Under the pieces are notes generated by a model. That model did no database searches. It was not told the origin of the DNA and saw nothing but the letters and a program-made list of their open reading frames with translations. Shown here in pieces: positions 37,401-52,400 of a DNA stretch of 64,000 nt. Numbering within the stretch: the stretch's first letter is position 1; every line of letters begins with the position of its first letter. A program made the translations under genes and the position numbers. Origin of the DNA: Eledone cirrhosa (lineage: Eukaryota); contig OZ024740.1 of NCBI GenBank assembly GCA_964016885.1, forward strand, positions 431,086,001-431,150,000, read 5' to 3'.

Positions 37401-40400
37401 GACCTAGGTTTCATGTAATACAGTGTCCTGGGCCCTGGGACACATTCCTCCCTTTACTGACCTAGGTTTCATGCAATACAGTGGCCTGGGCCACATTCCT
37501 CCCTTTACTGACCTAAGTTTCATGTAATACAGTGTCCTGGGACCTGGGCCACATTCCTCCCTTTACTGACCTAGGTTTCATGTAATACAGTGTCCTGGGA
37601 CCTGGGCCACATTCCTCCCTTTACTGACCTAGGTTTTATGTAATATAGTGTCCTGGGACCTGGGACACATTCCTCCCTTTACTGACCTAGGTTTCATGTA
37701 ATACAGAGTCCTGGGCCACATTCCTCCCTTTACTGACCTAGGTTTCATGTAATACAGAGTCCTGGGCCACCTTCCTCCCTTTACTGACCTAGGTTTCATG
37801 CAATACAGTGTCCTGGGACCTGGGCCACATTCCTCCCTTTACTGACCTAGGTTTCATGTAATACAGTGTCCTGGGACCTGGGCCACATTCCTCCCTTTAC
37901 TGACCTAGGTTTCATGCAATACAGTGTCCTGGGACCTGGGCCACATTCCTCCCTTTACTGACCTAGGTTTCATGTAATACAGTGTCCTGGGACCTGGGCC
38001 ACATTCCTCCCTTTACTGACCTAGGTTTCATGTAATACAGTGTCCTGGGACCTGGGCCACATTCCTCCCTTTACTGACCTAGGTTTCATGTAATACAGAG
38101 TCCTGGGCCACATTCCTCCCTTTACTGACCTAGGTTTCATGTAATACAGTGTCCTGGGACCTGGGCCACATTCCTCCCTTTACTGACCTAGGTTTCATGC
38201 AATACAGTGGCCTGGGCCACATTCCTCCCTTTACTGACCTAGGTTTCATGTAATACAGTGTCCTGGGACCTGGGCCACATTCCTCCCTTTACTGAGCTAG
38301 GTTTCATGCAATACAGTGGCCTGGGCCACATTCCTCCCTTTACTGACCTAGGTTACATGTAATACAGTGTCCTGGGACCTGGGACACATTCCTCCCTTTA
38401 CTGACCTAGGTTTCATGCAATACAGTGGCCTGGGCCACATTCCTCCCTTTACTGACCTAGGTTTCATGTAATACAGTGTCCTGGGACCTGGGCCACATTC
38501 CTCCCTTTACTGACCTAGGTTACATGTAATACAGTGTCCTGGGACCTGGGCCACATTCCTCCCTTTACTGACCTAGGTTTCATGTAATACAGTGTCCTGG
38601 GACCTGGGCCACATTCCTCCCTTTACTGACCTAGGTTTCATGTAATACAGTGTCCTGGGACCTGGGCCACATTCCTCCCTTTACTGACCTAGGTTTTATG
38701 TAATACAGTGTCCTGGGACCTGGGCCACATTCCTCCCTTTACTGACCTAGGTTTCATGTAATACAGTGTCCTGGGACCTGGGCCACATTCCTCCCTTTAC
38801 TGACCTAGGTTTTATGTAATACAGTGTCCTGGGACCTGGGCCACATTCCTCCCTTTACTGACCTAGGTTTCATGTAATACAGTGTCCTGGGACCTGGGCC
38901 ACATTCCTCCCTTTACTGACCTAGGTTTTATGTAATATAGTGTCCTGGGACCTGGGACACATTCCTCCCTTTACTGACCTAGGTTTCATGTAATACAGAG
39001 TCCTGGGCCACATTCCTCCCTTTACTGACCTAGGTTTCATGTAATACAGAGTCCTGGGCCACCTTCCTCCCTTTACTGACCTAGGTTTCATGCAATACAG
39101 TGTCCTGGGACCTGGGCCACATTCCTCCCTTTACTGACCTAGGTTTCATGTAATACAGTGTCCTGGGACCTGGGCCACATTCCTCCCTTTACTGACCTAG
39201 GTTTCATGCAATACAGTGTCCTGGGACCTGGGCCACATTCCTCCCTTTACTGACCTAGGTTTCATGTAATACAGTGTCCTGGGACCTGGGCCACATTCCT
39301 CCCTTTACTGACCTAGGTTTCATGTAATACAGTGTCCTGGGACCTGGGCCACATTCCTCCCTTTACTGACCTCGGTTTCATGTAATACAGAGTCCTGGGC
39401 CACATTCCTCCCTTTACTGACCTAGGTTTCATGTAATACAGTGTCCTGGGACCTGGGCCACATTCCTCCCTTTACTGACCTAGGTTTCATGCAATACAGT
39501 GGCCTGGGCCACATTCCTCCCTTTACTGACCTAGGTTTCATGTAATACAGTGTCCTGGGACCTGGGCCACATTCCTCCCTTTACTGACCTAGGTTTCATG
39601 CAATACAGTGGCCTGGGCCACATTCCTCCCTTTACTGACCTAGGTTACATGTAATACAGTGTCCTGGGACCTGGGACACATTCCTCCCTTTACTGACCTA
39701 GGTTTCATGCAATACAGTGGCCTGGGCCACATTCCTCCCTTTACTGACCTAGGTTTCATGTAATACAGTGTCCTGGGACCTGGGCCACATTCCTCCCTTT
39801 ACTGACCTAGGTTACATGTAATACAGTGTCCTGGGACCTGGGCCACATTCCTCCCTTTACTGACCTAGGTTTCATGTAATACAGTGTCCTGGGACCTGGG
39901 CCACATTCCTCCCTTTACTGACCTAGGTTTCATGTAATACAGTGTCCTGGGACCTGGGCCACATTCCTCCCTTTACTGACCTAGGTTTTATGTAATACAG
40001 TGTCCTGGGACCTGGGCCACATTCCTCCCTTTACTGACCTAGGTTTCATGTAATACAGTGTCCTGGGACTTGGGCCACATTCCTCCCTTTACTGACCTAG
40101 GTTTCATGTAATACAGTGTCCTGGGACCTGGGCCACATTCCTCCCTTTACTGACCTAGGTTTTATGTAATACAGTGTCCTGGGACCTGGGCCACATTCCT
40201 CCCTTTACTGACCTAGGTTTCATGTAATACAGTGTCCTGGGACCTGGGCCACATTCCTCCCTTTACTGACCTAGGTTTTATGTAATACAGTGTCCTGGGA
40301 CCTGGGCCACATTCCTCCCTTTACTGACCTAGGTTTCATGTAATACAGTGTCCTGGGACCTGGGCCACATTCCTCCCTTTACTGACCTAGGTTTCATGTA

Positions 40401-43400
40401 ATACAGTGTCCTGGGACCTGGGCCACATTCCTCCCTTTACTGACCTAGGTTTCATGCAATACAGTGGCCTGGGCCACATTCCTCCCTTTACTGACCTAGG
40501 TTTCATGTAATACAGTGTCCTGGGACCTGGGACAAATTCCTCCCTTTACTGACCTAGGTTTCATGCAATACAGTGGCCTGGGCCACATTCCTCCCTTTAC
40601 TGACCTAAGTTTCATGTAATACAGTGTCCTGGGACCTGGGCCACATTCCTCCCTTTACTGACCTAGGTTTCATGTAATACAGTGTCCTGGGACCTGGGCC
40701 ACATTCCTCCCTTTACTGACCTAGGTTTTATGTAATATAGTGTCCTGGGACCTGGGACACATTCCTCCCTTTACTGACCTAGGTTTCATGTAATACAGAG
40801 TCCTGGGCCACATTCCTCCCTTTACTGACCTAGGTTTCATGTAATACAGAGTCCTGGGCCACCTTCCTCCCTTTACTGACCTAGGTTTCATGCAATACAG
40901 TGTCCTGGGACCTGGGCCACATTCCTCCCTTTACTGACCTAGGTTTCATGTAATACAGTGTCCTGGGACCTGGGCCACATTCCTCCCTTTACTGACCTAG
41001 GTTTCATGCAATACAGTGTCCTGGGACCTGGGACACATTCCTCCCTTTAATGACCTAGGTTTCATGTAATACAGTGTCCTGGGACCTGGGACACATTCCT
41101 CCCTTTACTGACCTAGGTTTCATGTAATACAGTGTCCTGGGACCTGGGCCACATTCCTCCCTTTACTGACCTAGGTTTCATGTAATACAGAGTCCTGGGC
41201 CACATTCCTCCCTTTACTGACCTAGGTTTCATGTAATACAGTGTCCTGGGACCTGGGCCACATTCCTCCCTTTACTGACCTAGGTTTCATGCAATACAGT
41301 GGCCTGGGCCACATTCCTCCCTTTACTGACCTAGGTTTCATGTAATACAGTGTCCTGGGACCTGGGCCACATTCCTCCCTTTACTGACCTAGGTTTCATG
41401 CAATACAGTGGCCTGGGCCACATTCCTCCCTTTACTGACCTAGGTTACATGTAATACAGTGTCCTGGGACCTGGGACACATTCCTCCCTTTACTGACCTA
41501 GGTTTCATGCAATACAGTGGCCTGGGCCACATTCCTCCCTTTACTGACCTAGGTTTCATGTAATACAGTGTCCTGGGACCTGGGCCACATTCCTCCCTTT
41601 ACTGACCTAGGTTACATGTAATACAGTGTCCTGGGACCTGGGCCACATTCCTCCCTTTACTGACCTAGGTTTCATGTAATACAGTGTCCTGGGACCTGGG
41701 CCACATTCCTCCCTTTACTGACCTAGGTTTCATGTAATACAGTGTCCTGGGACCTGGGCCACATTCCTCCCTTTACTGACATAGGTTTTATGTAATACAG
41801 TGTCCTGGGACCTGGGCCACATTCCTCCCTTTACTGACCTAGGTTTCATGTAATACAGTGTCCTGGGACCTGGGCCACATTCCTCCCTTTACTGACCTAG
41901 GTTTCATGTAATACAGTGTCCTGGGACCTGGGCCACATTCCTCCCTTTACTGACCTAGGTTTTATGTAATACAGTGTCCTGGGACCTGGGCCACATTCCT
42001 CCCTTTACTGACCTAGGTTTCATGTAATACAGTGTCCTGGGACCTGGGCCACATTCCTCCCTTTACTGACCTAGGTTTTATGTAATACAGTGTCCTGGGA
42101 CCTGGGCCACATTCCTCCCTTTACTGACCTAGGTTTCATGTAATACAGTGTCCTGGGACCTGGGCCACATTCCTCCCTTTACTGACCTAGGTTTCATGTA
42201 ATACAGTGTCCTGGGACCTGGGCCACATTCCTCCCTTTACTGACCTAGGTTTCATGCAATACAGTGGCCTGGGCCACATTCCTCCCTTTACTGACCTAGG
42301 TTTCATGTAATACAGTGTCCTGGGACCTGGGCCACATTCCTCCCTTTACTGACCTAGGTTTTATGTAATATAGTGTCCTGGGACCTGGGACACATTCCTC
42401 CCTTTACTGACCTAGGTTTCATGTAATACAGAGTCCTGGGCCACATTCCTCCCTTTACTGACCTAGGTTTCATGTAATACAGAGTCCTGGGCCACCTTCC
42501 TCCCTTTACTGACCTAGGTTTCATGCAATACAGTGTCCTGGGACCTGGGCCACATTCCTCCCTTTACTGACCTAGGTTTCATGTAATACAGTGTCCTGGG
42601 ACCTGGGCCACATTCCTCCCTTTACTGACCTAGGTTTCATGCAATACAGTGTCCTGGGACCTGGGCCACATTCCTCCCTTTACTGACCTAGGTTTCATGT
42701 AATACAGTGTCCTGGGACCTGGGCCACATTCCTCCCTTTACTGACCTAGGTTTCATGTAATACAGTGTCCTGGGACCTGGGCCACATTCCTCCCTTTACT
42801 GACCTAGGTTTCATGTGTCCTGGGACCTGGGCCACATTCCTCCCTTTACTGACCTAGGTTTCATGTAATACAGTGTCCTGGGACCTGGGCCACATTCCTC
42901 CCTTTACTGACCTAGGTTTCATGCAATACAGTGGCCTGGGCCACATTCCTCCCTTTACTGACCTAGGTTTCATGTAATACAGTGTCCTGGGACCTGGGCC
43001 ACATTCCTCCCTTTACTGACCTAGGTTTCATGCAATACAGTGGCCTGGGCCACATTCCTCCCTTTACTGACCTAGGTTACATGTAATACAGTGTCCTGGG
43101 ACCTGGGACACATTCCTCCCTTTACTGACCTAGGTTTCATGCAATACAGTGGCCTGGGCCACATTCCTCCCTTTACTGACCTAGGTTTCATGTAATACAG
43201 TGTCCTGGGACCTGGGCCACATTCCTCCCTTTACTGACCTAGGTTACATGTAATACAGTGTCCTGGGACCTGGGCCACATTCCTCCCTTTACTGACCTAG
43301 GTTTCATGTAATACAGTGTCCTGGGACCTGGGCCACATTCCTCCCTTTACTGACCTAGGTTTCATGTAATACAGTGTCCTGGGACCTGGGCCACATTCCT

Positions 43401-46400
43401 CCCTTTACTGACCTAGGTTTTATGTAATACAGTGTCCTGGGACCTGGGCCACATTCCTCCCTTTACTGACCTAGGTTTCATGTAATACAGTGTCCTGGGA
43501 CCTGGGCCACATTCCTCCCTTTACTGACCTAGGTTTCATGTAATACAGTGTCCTGGGACCTGGGCCACATTCCTCCCTTTACTGACCTAGGTTTTATGTA
43601 ATACAGTGTCCTGGGACCTGGGCCACATTCCTCCCTTTACTGACCTAGGTTTCATGTAATACAGTGTCCTGGGACCTGGGCCACATTCCTCCCTTTACTG
43701 ACCTAGGTTTTATGTAATACAGTGTCCTGGGACCTGGGCCACATTCCTCCCTTTACTGACCTAGGTTTCATGTAATACAGTGTCCTGGGACCTGGGCCAC
43801 ATTCCTCCCTTTACTGACCTAGGTTTCATGTAATACAGTGTCCTGGGACCTGGGCCACATTCCTCCCTTTACTGACCTAGGTTTCATGCAATACAGTGGC
43901 CTGGGCCACATTCCTCCCTTTACTGACCTAGGTTTCATGTAATACAGTGTCCTGGGACCTGGGACACATTCCTCCCTTTACTGACCTAGGTTTCATGCAA
44001 TACAGTGGTCTGGGCCACATTCCTCCCTTTACTGACCTAGGTTTCATGTAATACAGTGTCCTGGGACCTGGGCCACATTCCTCCCTTTACTGACCTAGGT
44101 TTCATGTAATACAGTGTCCTGGGACCTGGGCCACATTCCTCCCTTTACTGACCTAGGTTTTATGTAATACAGTGTCCTGGGACCTGGGCCACATTCCTCC
44201 CTTTACTGACCTAGGTTTCATGTAATACAGTGTCCTGGGACCTGGGCCACATTCCTCCCTTTACTGACCTAGGTTTTATGTAATACAGTGTCCTGGGACC
44301 TGGGCCACATTCCTCCCTTTACTGACCTAGGTTTTATGTAATACAGTGTCCTGGGACCTGGGCCACATTCCTCCCTTTACTGACCTAGGTTTCATGCAAT
44401 ACAGTGTCCTGGGACCTGGGCCACATTCCTCCCTTTACTGACCTAGGTTTCATGTAATACAGTGTCCTGGGACCTGGGCCACATTCCTCCCTTTACTGAC
44501 CTAGGTTTCATGTAATACAGAGTCCTGGGCCACCTTCCTCCCTTTACTGACCTAGGTTACATGTAATACAGTGTCCTGGGACCTGGGCCACATTCCTCCC
44601 TTTACTGACCTAGGTTTCATGTAATACAGTGTCCTGGGACCTGGGCCACATTCCTCCCTTTACTGACCTAGGTTTCATGTAATACAGTGTCCTGGGACCT
44701 GGGCCACATTCCTCCCTTTACTGACCTAGGTTACATGTAATACAGTGTCCTGGGACCTGGGCCACATTCCTCCCTTTACTGACCTAGGTTTCATGTAATA
44801 CAGTGTCCTGGGACCTGGGCCACATTCCTCCCTTTACTGACCTATGTTACATGTAATACAGTGTCCTGGGACCTGGGCCACATTCCTCCCTTTACTGACC
44901 TAGGTTTCATGTAATACAGTGTCCTGGGACCTGGGCCACATTCCTCCCTTTACTGACCTAGGTTTCATGTAATACAGTGTCCTGGGACCTGGGCCACATT
45001 CCTCCCTTTACTGACCTAGGTTACATGTAATACAGTGTCCTGGGACCTGGGCCACATTCCTCCCTTTACTGAGCTAGGTTTCATGTAATACAGTGTCCTG
45101 GGACCTGGGCCACATTCCTCCCTTTACTGACCTAGGTTACATGTAATACAGTGTCCTGGGACCTGGGCCACATTCCTCCCTTTACTGACCTAGGTTTCAT
45201 GTAATACAGTGTCCTGGGACCTGGGCCACATTCCTCCCTTTACTGACCTAGGTTTCATGTAATACAGTGTCCTGGGACCTGGGCCACATTCCTCCCTTTA
45301 CTGACCTAGGTTACATGTAATACAGTGTCCTGGGACCTGGGCCACATTCCTCCCTTTACTGACCTAGGTTTCATGTAATACAGTGTCCTGGGACCTGGGC
45401 CACATTCCTCCCTTTACTGACCTAGGTTTTATGTAATACAGTGTCCTGGGACCTGGGCCACATTCCTCCCTTTACTGACCTAGGTTTTATGTAATACAGT
45501 GTCCTGGGACCTGGGCCACATTCCTCCCTTTACTGACCTAGGTTTCATGCAATACAGTGTCCTGGGACTTGGGCCACATTCCTCCCTTTACTGACCTAGG
45601 TTTCATGTAATACAGTGTCCTGGGACCTGGGCCACATTCCTCCCTTTACTGACCTAGGTTTCATGTAATACAGTGTCCTGGGACCTGGGCCACATTCCTC
45701 CCTTTACTGACCTAGGTTTCATGTAATACAGAGTCCTGGGCCACATTCCTCCCTTTACTGACCTAGGTTTCATGTAATACAGTGTCCTGGGACCTGGGAC
45801 ACATTCCTCCCTTTACTGACCTAGGTTTCATGCAATACAGTGGCCTGGGCCACATTCCTCCCTTTACTGACCTAGGTTTCATGTAATACAGTGTCCTGGG
45901 ACCTGGGCCACATTCCTCCCTTTACTGACCTAGGTTTCATGTAATACAGTGTCCTGGGACCTGGGCCACATTCCTCCCTTTACTGACCTAGGTTTTATGT
46001 AATACAGTGTCCTGGGACCTGGGCCACATTCCTCCCTTTACTGACCTAGGTTTCATGTAATACAGTGTCCTGGGACCTGGGCCACATTCCTCCCTTTACT
46101 GCCCTAGGTTACATGTAATACAGTGTCCTGGGACTTGGGCCACATTCCTCCCTTTACTGACCTAGGTTTCATGTAATACAGTGTCCTGGGACCTGGGACA
46201 CATTCCTCCCTTTACTGACCTAGGTTTCATGCAATACAGTGGCCTGGGCCACATTCCTCCCTTTACTGACCTAGGTTTCATGTAATACAGAGTCCTGGGA
46301 CCTGGGCCACATTCCTCCCTTTACTGACCTAGGTTTCATGTAATACAGTGTCCTGGGACCTGGGCCACATTCCTCCCTTTACTGACCTAGGTTTCATGTA

Positions 46401-49400
46401 ATACAGAGTCCTGGGCCACATTCCTCCCTTTACTGACCTAGGTTACATGTAATACAGTGTCCTGGGCCACCTTCCTCCCTTTACTGACCTAGGTTTCATG
46501 TAATACAGTGTCCTGGGACTTGGGCCACATTCTTCCCTTTACTGACCTAGGTTTCATGTAATACAGTGTCCTGGGACCTGGGCCACATTCCTCCCTTTAC
46601 TGACCTAGGTTTCATGTAATACAGTGTCCTGGGACTTGGGCCACATTCCTCCCTTTACTGACTTAGGTTTCATGTAATACAGTGTCCTGGGACCTGGGCC
46701 ACATTCCTCCCTTTACTGACCTAGGTTTCATGTAATACAGTGTCCTGGGACTTGGCCCACATTCCTCCCTTTACTGACCTAGGTTTCATGTAATACAGTG
46801 TCCTGGGACCTGGGCCACATTCCTCCCTTTACTGACCTAGGTTTCATGTAATACAGTGTCCTGGGACTTGGGCCACATTCGTCCCTTTACTGACCTAGGT
46901 TTCATGTAATACAGTGTCCTGGGACCTGGGCCACATTCCTCCCTTTACTGACCTAGGTTTCATGTAATACAGTGTCCTGGGACTTGGGCCACATTCCTCC
47001 CTTTACTGACCTAGGTTTCATGTAATACAGTGTCCTGGGACCTGGGCCACATTCCTCCCTTTACTGACCTAGGTTTCATGTAATACAGTGTCCTGGGACT
47101 TGGGCCACATTCCTCCCTTTACTGACCTAGGTTTCATGTAATACAGTGTCCTGGGACCTGGGCCACATTCCTCCCTTTACTGACCTAGGTTTCATGTAAT
47201 ACAGTGTCCTGGGACTTGGGCCACATTCCTCCCTTTACTGACCTATGTTTCATGTAATACAGTGTCCTGGGACCTGGGCCACATTCCTCCCTTTACTGAC
47301 CTAGGTTTCATGTAATACAGTGTCCTGGGACTTGGGCCACATTCCTCCCTTTACTGACCTAGGTTTCATGTAATACAGTGTCCTGGGACCTGGGACACAT
47401 TCCTCCCTTTACTGACCTAGGTTTCATGTAATACAGTGTCCTGGGACTTGGGCCACATTCCTCCCTTTACTGACCTAGGTTTCATGTAATACAGTGTCCT
47501 GGGACCTGGGCCACATTCCTCCCTTTACTGACCTAGGTTTCATGTAATACAGTTTCCTGGGACCTGGGCCACATTCCTCCCTTTACTGACCTAGGTTTCA
47601 TGCAATACAGTGGCCTGGGCCACATTTCTCCCTTTACTGACCTAGGTTTCATGTAATACAGTGTCCTGGGACCTGGGCAAGATTCCTCCCTTTACTGACC
47701 TAGGTTACATGTAATACAGTGTCCTGGGACCTGGGACACATTCCTCCCTTTACTGACCTAGGTTATATGTAATACAGTGTCCTGGGACCTGGGACACATT
47801 CCTCCCTTTAATGACCTAGGTTTCATGTAATACAGTGTCCTGGGACCTGGGACACCTTCCTCCCTTTACTGACCTAGGTTTCATGTTTTACAGTGTCCTG
47901 GGACCTGTGCCACATTCCTCTCTTTACTGACCTACATTTCATGAAATATAGTGTCCTGGGACCTGGGACACATTCCTCCCTTTACTGACCTAGGTTTCAT
48001 GTAATACAGTGTCCTGGGACCTGGGCCACATTCCTCCCTTTACTGACCTAGGTTTCATGCAATACAGTGGCCTGGGCCACATTCCTCCCTTTACTGACCT
48101 AGGTTTCATGTAATACAGTGTCCTGGGACCTGGGCCACATTCCTCCCTTTACTGACCTAGGTTTCATGCAATACAGTGGCCTGGGCCACATTCCTCCCTT
48201 TACTGACCTAGGTTACATGTAATACAGTGTCCTGGGACCTGGGACACATTCCTCCCTTTACTGACCTAGGTTTCATGCAATACAGTGGCCTGGGCCACAT
48301 TCCTCCCTTTACTGACCTAGGTTTCATGTAATACAGTGTCCTGGGACCTGGGCCACATTCCTCCCTTTACTGACCTAGGTTACATGTAATACAGTGTCCT
48401 GGGACCTGGGCCACATTCCTCCCTTTACTGACCTAGGTTTCATGTAATACAGTGTCCTGGGACCTGGGCCACATTCCTCCCTTTACTGACCTAGGTTTCA
48501 TGTAATACAGTGTCCTGGGACCTGGGCCACATTCCTCCCTTTACTGACCTAGGTTTCATGTAATACAGTGTCCTGGGACCTGGGCCACATTCCTCCCTTT
48601 ACTGACCTAGGTTTTATGTAATACAGTGTCCTGGGACCTGGGCCACATTCCTCCCTTTACTGACCTAGGTTTCATGTAATACAGTGTCCTGGGACCTGGG
48701 CCACATTCCTCCCTTTACTGACCTAGGTTTCATGTAATACAGTGTCCTGGGACCTGGGCCACATTCCTCCCTTTACTGACCTAGGTTTCATGTAATACAG
48801 TGTCCTGGGACCTGGGCCACATTCCTCCCTTTACTGACCTAGGTTTCATGTAATACAGTGTCCTGGGACCTGGGCCACATTCCTCCCTTTACTGACCTAG
48901 GTTTCATGCAATACAGTGGCCTGGGCCACATTCCTCCCTTTACTGACCTAGGTTTCATGTAATACAGTGTCCTGGGACCTGGGCCACATTCCTCCCTTTA
49001 CTGACCTAGGTTTTATGTAATATAGTGTCCTGGGACCTGGGACACATTCCTCCCTTTACTGACCTAGGTTTCATGTAATACAGAGTCCTGGGCCACATTC
49101 CTCCCTTTACTGACCTAGGTTTCATGTAATACAGAGTCCTGGGCCACCTTCCTCCCTTTACTGACCTAGGTTTCATGCAATACAGTGTCCTGGGACCTGG
49201 GCCACATTCCTCCCTTTACTGACCTAGGTTTCATGTAATACAGTGTCCTGGGACCTGGGCCACATTCCTCCCTTTACTGACCTAGGTTTCATGCAATACA
49301 GTGTCCTGGGACCTGGGCCACATTCCTCCCTTTACTGACCTAGGTTTCATGTAATACAGTGTCCTGGGACCTGGGCCACATTCCTCCCTTTACTGACCTA

Positions 49401-52400
49401 GGTTTCATGTAATACAGTGTCCTGGGACCTGGGCCACATTCCTCCCTTTACTGACCTAGGTTTCATGTAATACAGAGTCCTGGGCCACATTCCTCCCTTT
49501 ACTGACCTAGGTTTCATGTAATACAGTGTCCTGGGACCTGGGCCACATTCCTCCCTTTACTGACCTAGGTTTCATGCAATACAGTGGCCTGGGCCACATT
49601 CCTCCCTTTACTGACCTAGGTTTCATGTAATACAGTGTCCTGGGACCTGGGCCACATTCCTCCCTTTACTGACCTAGGTTTCATGCAATACAGTGGCCTG
49701 GGCCACATTCCTCCCTTTACTGACCTAGGTTACATGTAATACAGTGTCCTGGGACCTGGGACACATTCCTCTCTTTACTGACCTAGGTTTCATGCAATAC
49801 AGTGGCCTGGGCCACATTCCTCCCTTTACTGACCTAGGTTTCATGTAATACAGTGTCCTGGGACCTGGGCCACATTCCTCCCTTTACTGACCTAGGTTAC
49901 ATGTAATACAGTGTCCTGGGACCTGGGCCACATTCCTCCCTTTACTGACCTAGGTTTCATGTAATACAGTGTCCTGGGACCTGGGCCACATTCCTCCCTT
50001 TACTGACCTAGGTTTCATGTAATACAGTGTCCTGGGACCTGGGCCACATTCCTCCCTTTACTGACCTAGGTTTTATGTAATACAGTGTCCTGGGACCTGG
50101 GCCACATTCCTCCCTTTACTGACCTAGGTTTCATGTAATACAGTGTCCTGGGACCTGGGCCACATTCCTCCCTTTACTGACCTAGGTTTCATGTAATACA
50201 GTGTCCTGGGACCTGGGCCACATTCCTCCCTTTACTGACCTAGGTTTTATGTAATACAGTGTCCTGGGACCTGGGCCACATTCCTCCCTTTACTGACCTA
50301 GGTTTCATGTAATACAGTGTCCTGGGACCTGGGCCACATTCCTCCCTTTACTGACCTAGGTTTTATGTAATACAGTGTCCTGGGACCTGGGCCACATTCC
50401 TCCCTTTACTGACCTAGGTTTCATGTAATACAGTGTCCTGGGACCTGGGCCACATTCCTCCCTTTACTGACCTAGGTTTCATGTAATACAGTGTCCTGGG
50501 ACCTGGGCCACATTCCTCCCTTTACTGACCTAGGTTTCATGCAATACAGTGGCCTGGGCCACATTCCTCCCTTTACTGACCTAGGTTTCATGTAATACAG
50601 TGGCCTGGGCCACATTCCTCCCTTTACTGACCTAGGTTTCATGTAATACAGTGTCCTGGGACCTGGGCCACATTCCTCCCTTTACTGACCTAGGTTTCAT
50701 GTAATACAGTGTCCTGGGACCTGGGCCACATTCCTCCCTTTACTGACCTAGGTTTTATGTAATACAGTGTCCTGGGACCTGGGCCACATTCCTCCCTTTA
50801 CTGACCTAGGTTTCATATAATACAGTGTCCTGGGACCTGGGCCACATTCCTCCCTTTACTGACCTAGGTTTTATGTAATACAGTGTCCTGGGACCTGGGC
50901 CACATTCCTCCCTTTACTGACCTAGGTTTTATGTAATACAGTGTCCTGGGACCTGGGCCACATTCCTCCCTTTACTGACCTAGGTTTCATGCAATACAGT
51001 GTCCTGGGACCTGGGCCACATTCCTCCCTTTACTGACCTAGGTTTCATGTAATACAGTGTCCTGGGACCTGGGCCACATTCCTCCCTTTACTGACCTAGG
51101 TTTCATGTAATACAGAGTCCTGGGCCACCTTCCTCCCTTTACTGACCTAGGTTACATGTAATACAGTGTCCTGGGACCTGGGCCACATTCCTCCCTTTAC
51201 TGACCTAGGTTTCATGTAATACAGTGTCCTGGGACCTGGGCCACATTCCTCCCTTTACTGACCTAGGTTTCATGTAATACAGTGTCCTGGGACCTGGGCC
51301 ACATTCCTCCCTTTACTGACCTAGGTTACATGTAATACAGTGTCCTGGGACCTGGGCCACATTCCTCCCTTTACTGACCTAGGTTTCATGTAATACAGTG
51401 TCCTGGGACCTGGGCCACATTCCTCCCTTTACTGACCTAGGTTACATGTAATACAGTGTCCTGGGACCTGGGCCACATTCCTCCCTTTACTGACCTAGGT
51501 TTCATGTAATACAGTGTCCTGGGACCTGGGCCACATTCCTCCCTTTACTGACCTAGGTTTCATGTAATACAGTGTCCTGGGACCTGGGCCACATTCCTCC
51601 CTTTACTGACCTAGGTTACATGTAATACAGTGTCCTGGGACCTGGGCCACATTCCTCCCTTTACTGACCTAGGTTTCATGTAATACAGTGTCCTGGGACC
51701 TGGGCCACATTCCTCCCTTTACTGACCTAGGTTACATGTAATACAGTGTCCTGGGACCTGGGCTACATTCCTCCCTTTACTGACCTAGGTTTCATGTAAT
51801 ACAGTGTCCTGGGACCTGGGCCACATTCCTCCCTTTGCTGACCTAGGTTTCATGTAATACAGTGTCCTGGGACCTGGGCCACATTCCTCCCTTTACTGAC
51901 CTAGGTTACATGTAATACAGTGTCCTGGGACCTGGGCCACATTCCTCCCTTTACTGACCTAGGTTTCATGTAATACAGTGTCCTGGGACCTGGGCCACAT
52001 TCCTCCCTTTACTGACCTAGGTTTTATGTAATACAGTGTCCTGGGACCTGGGCCACATTCCTCCCTTTACTGACCTAGGTTTCATGCAATACAGTGTCCT
52101 GGGACCTGGGCCACATTCCTCCCTTTACTGACCTAGGTTTCATGTAATACAGTGTCCTGGGACCTGGGCCACATTCCTCCCTTTACTGACCTAGGTTTCA
52201 TGTAATACAGTGTCCTGGGACCTGGGCCACATTCCTCCCTTTACTGACCTAGGTTTCATGTAATACAGAGTCCTGGGCCACATTCCTCCCTTTACTGACC
52301 TAGGTTTCATGTAATACAGTGTCCTGGGTCCTGGGACACATTCCTCCCTTTACTGACCTAGGTTTCATGCAATACAGTGGCCTGGGCCACATTCCTCCCT

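Noticed and set aside
42811-42820. Unique 50-bp monomer (8-bp deletion, TCATGTGTCC)
   Set aside because: Single occurrence, at a position where the duplicate block (about 49460) has an ordinary 51-bp unit; likely a one-off deletion or consensus error.
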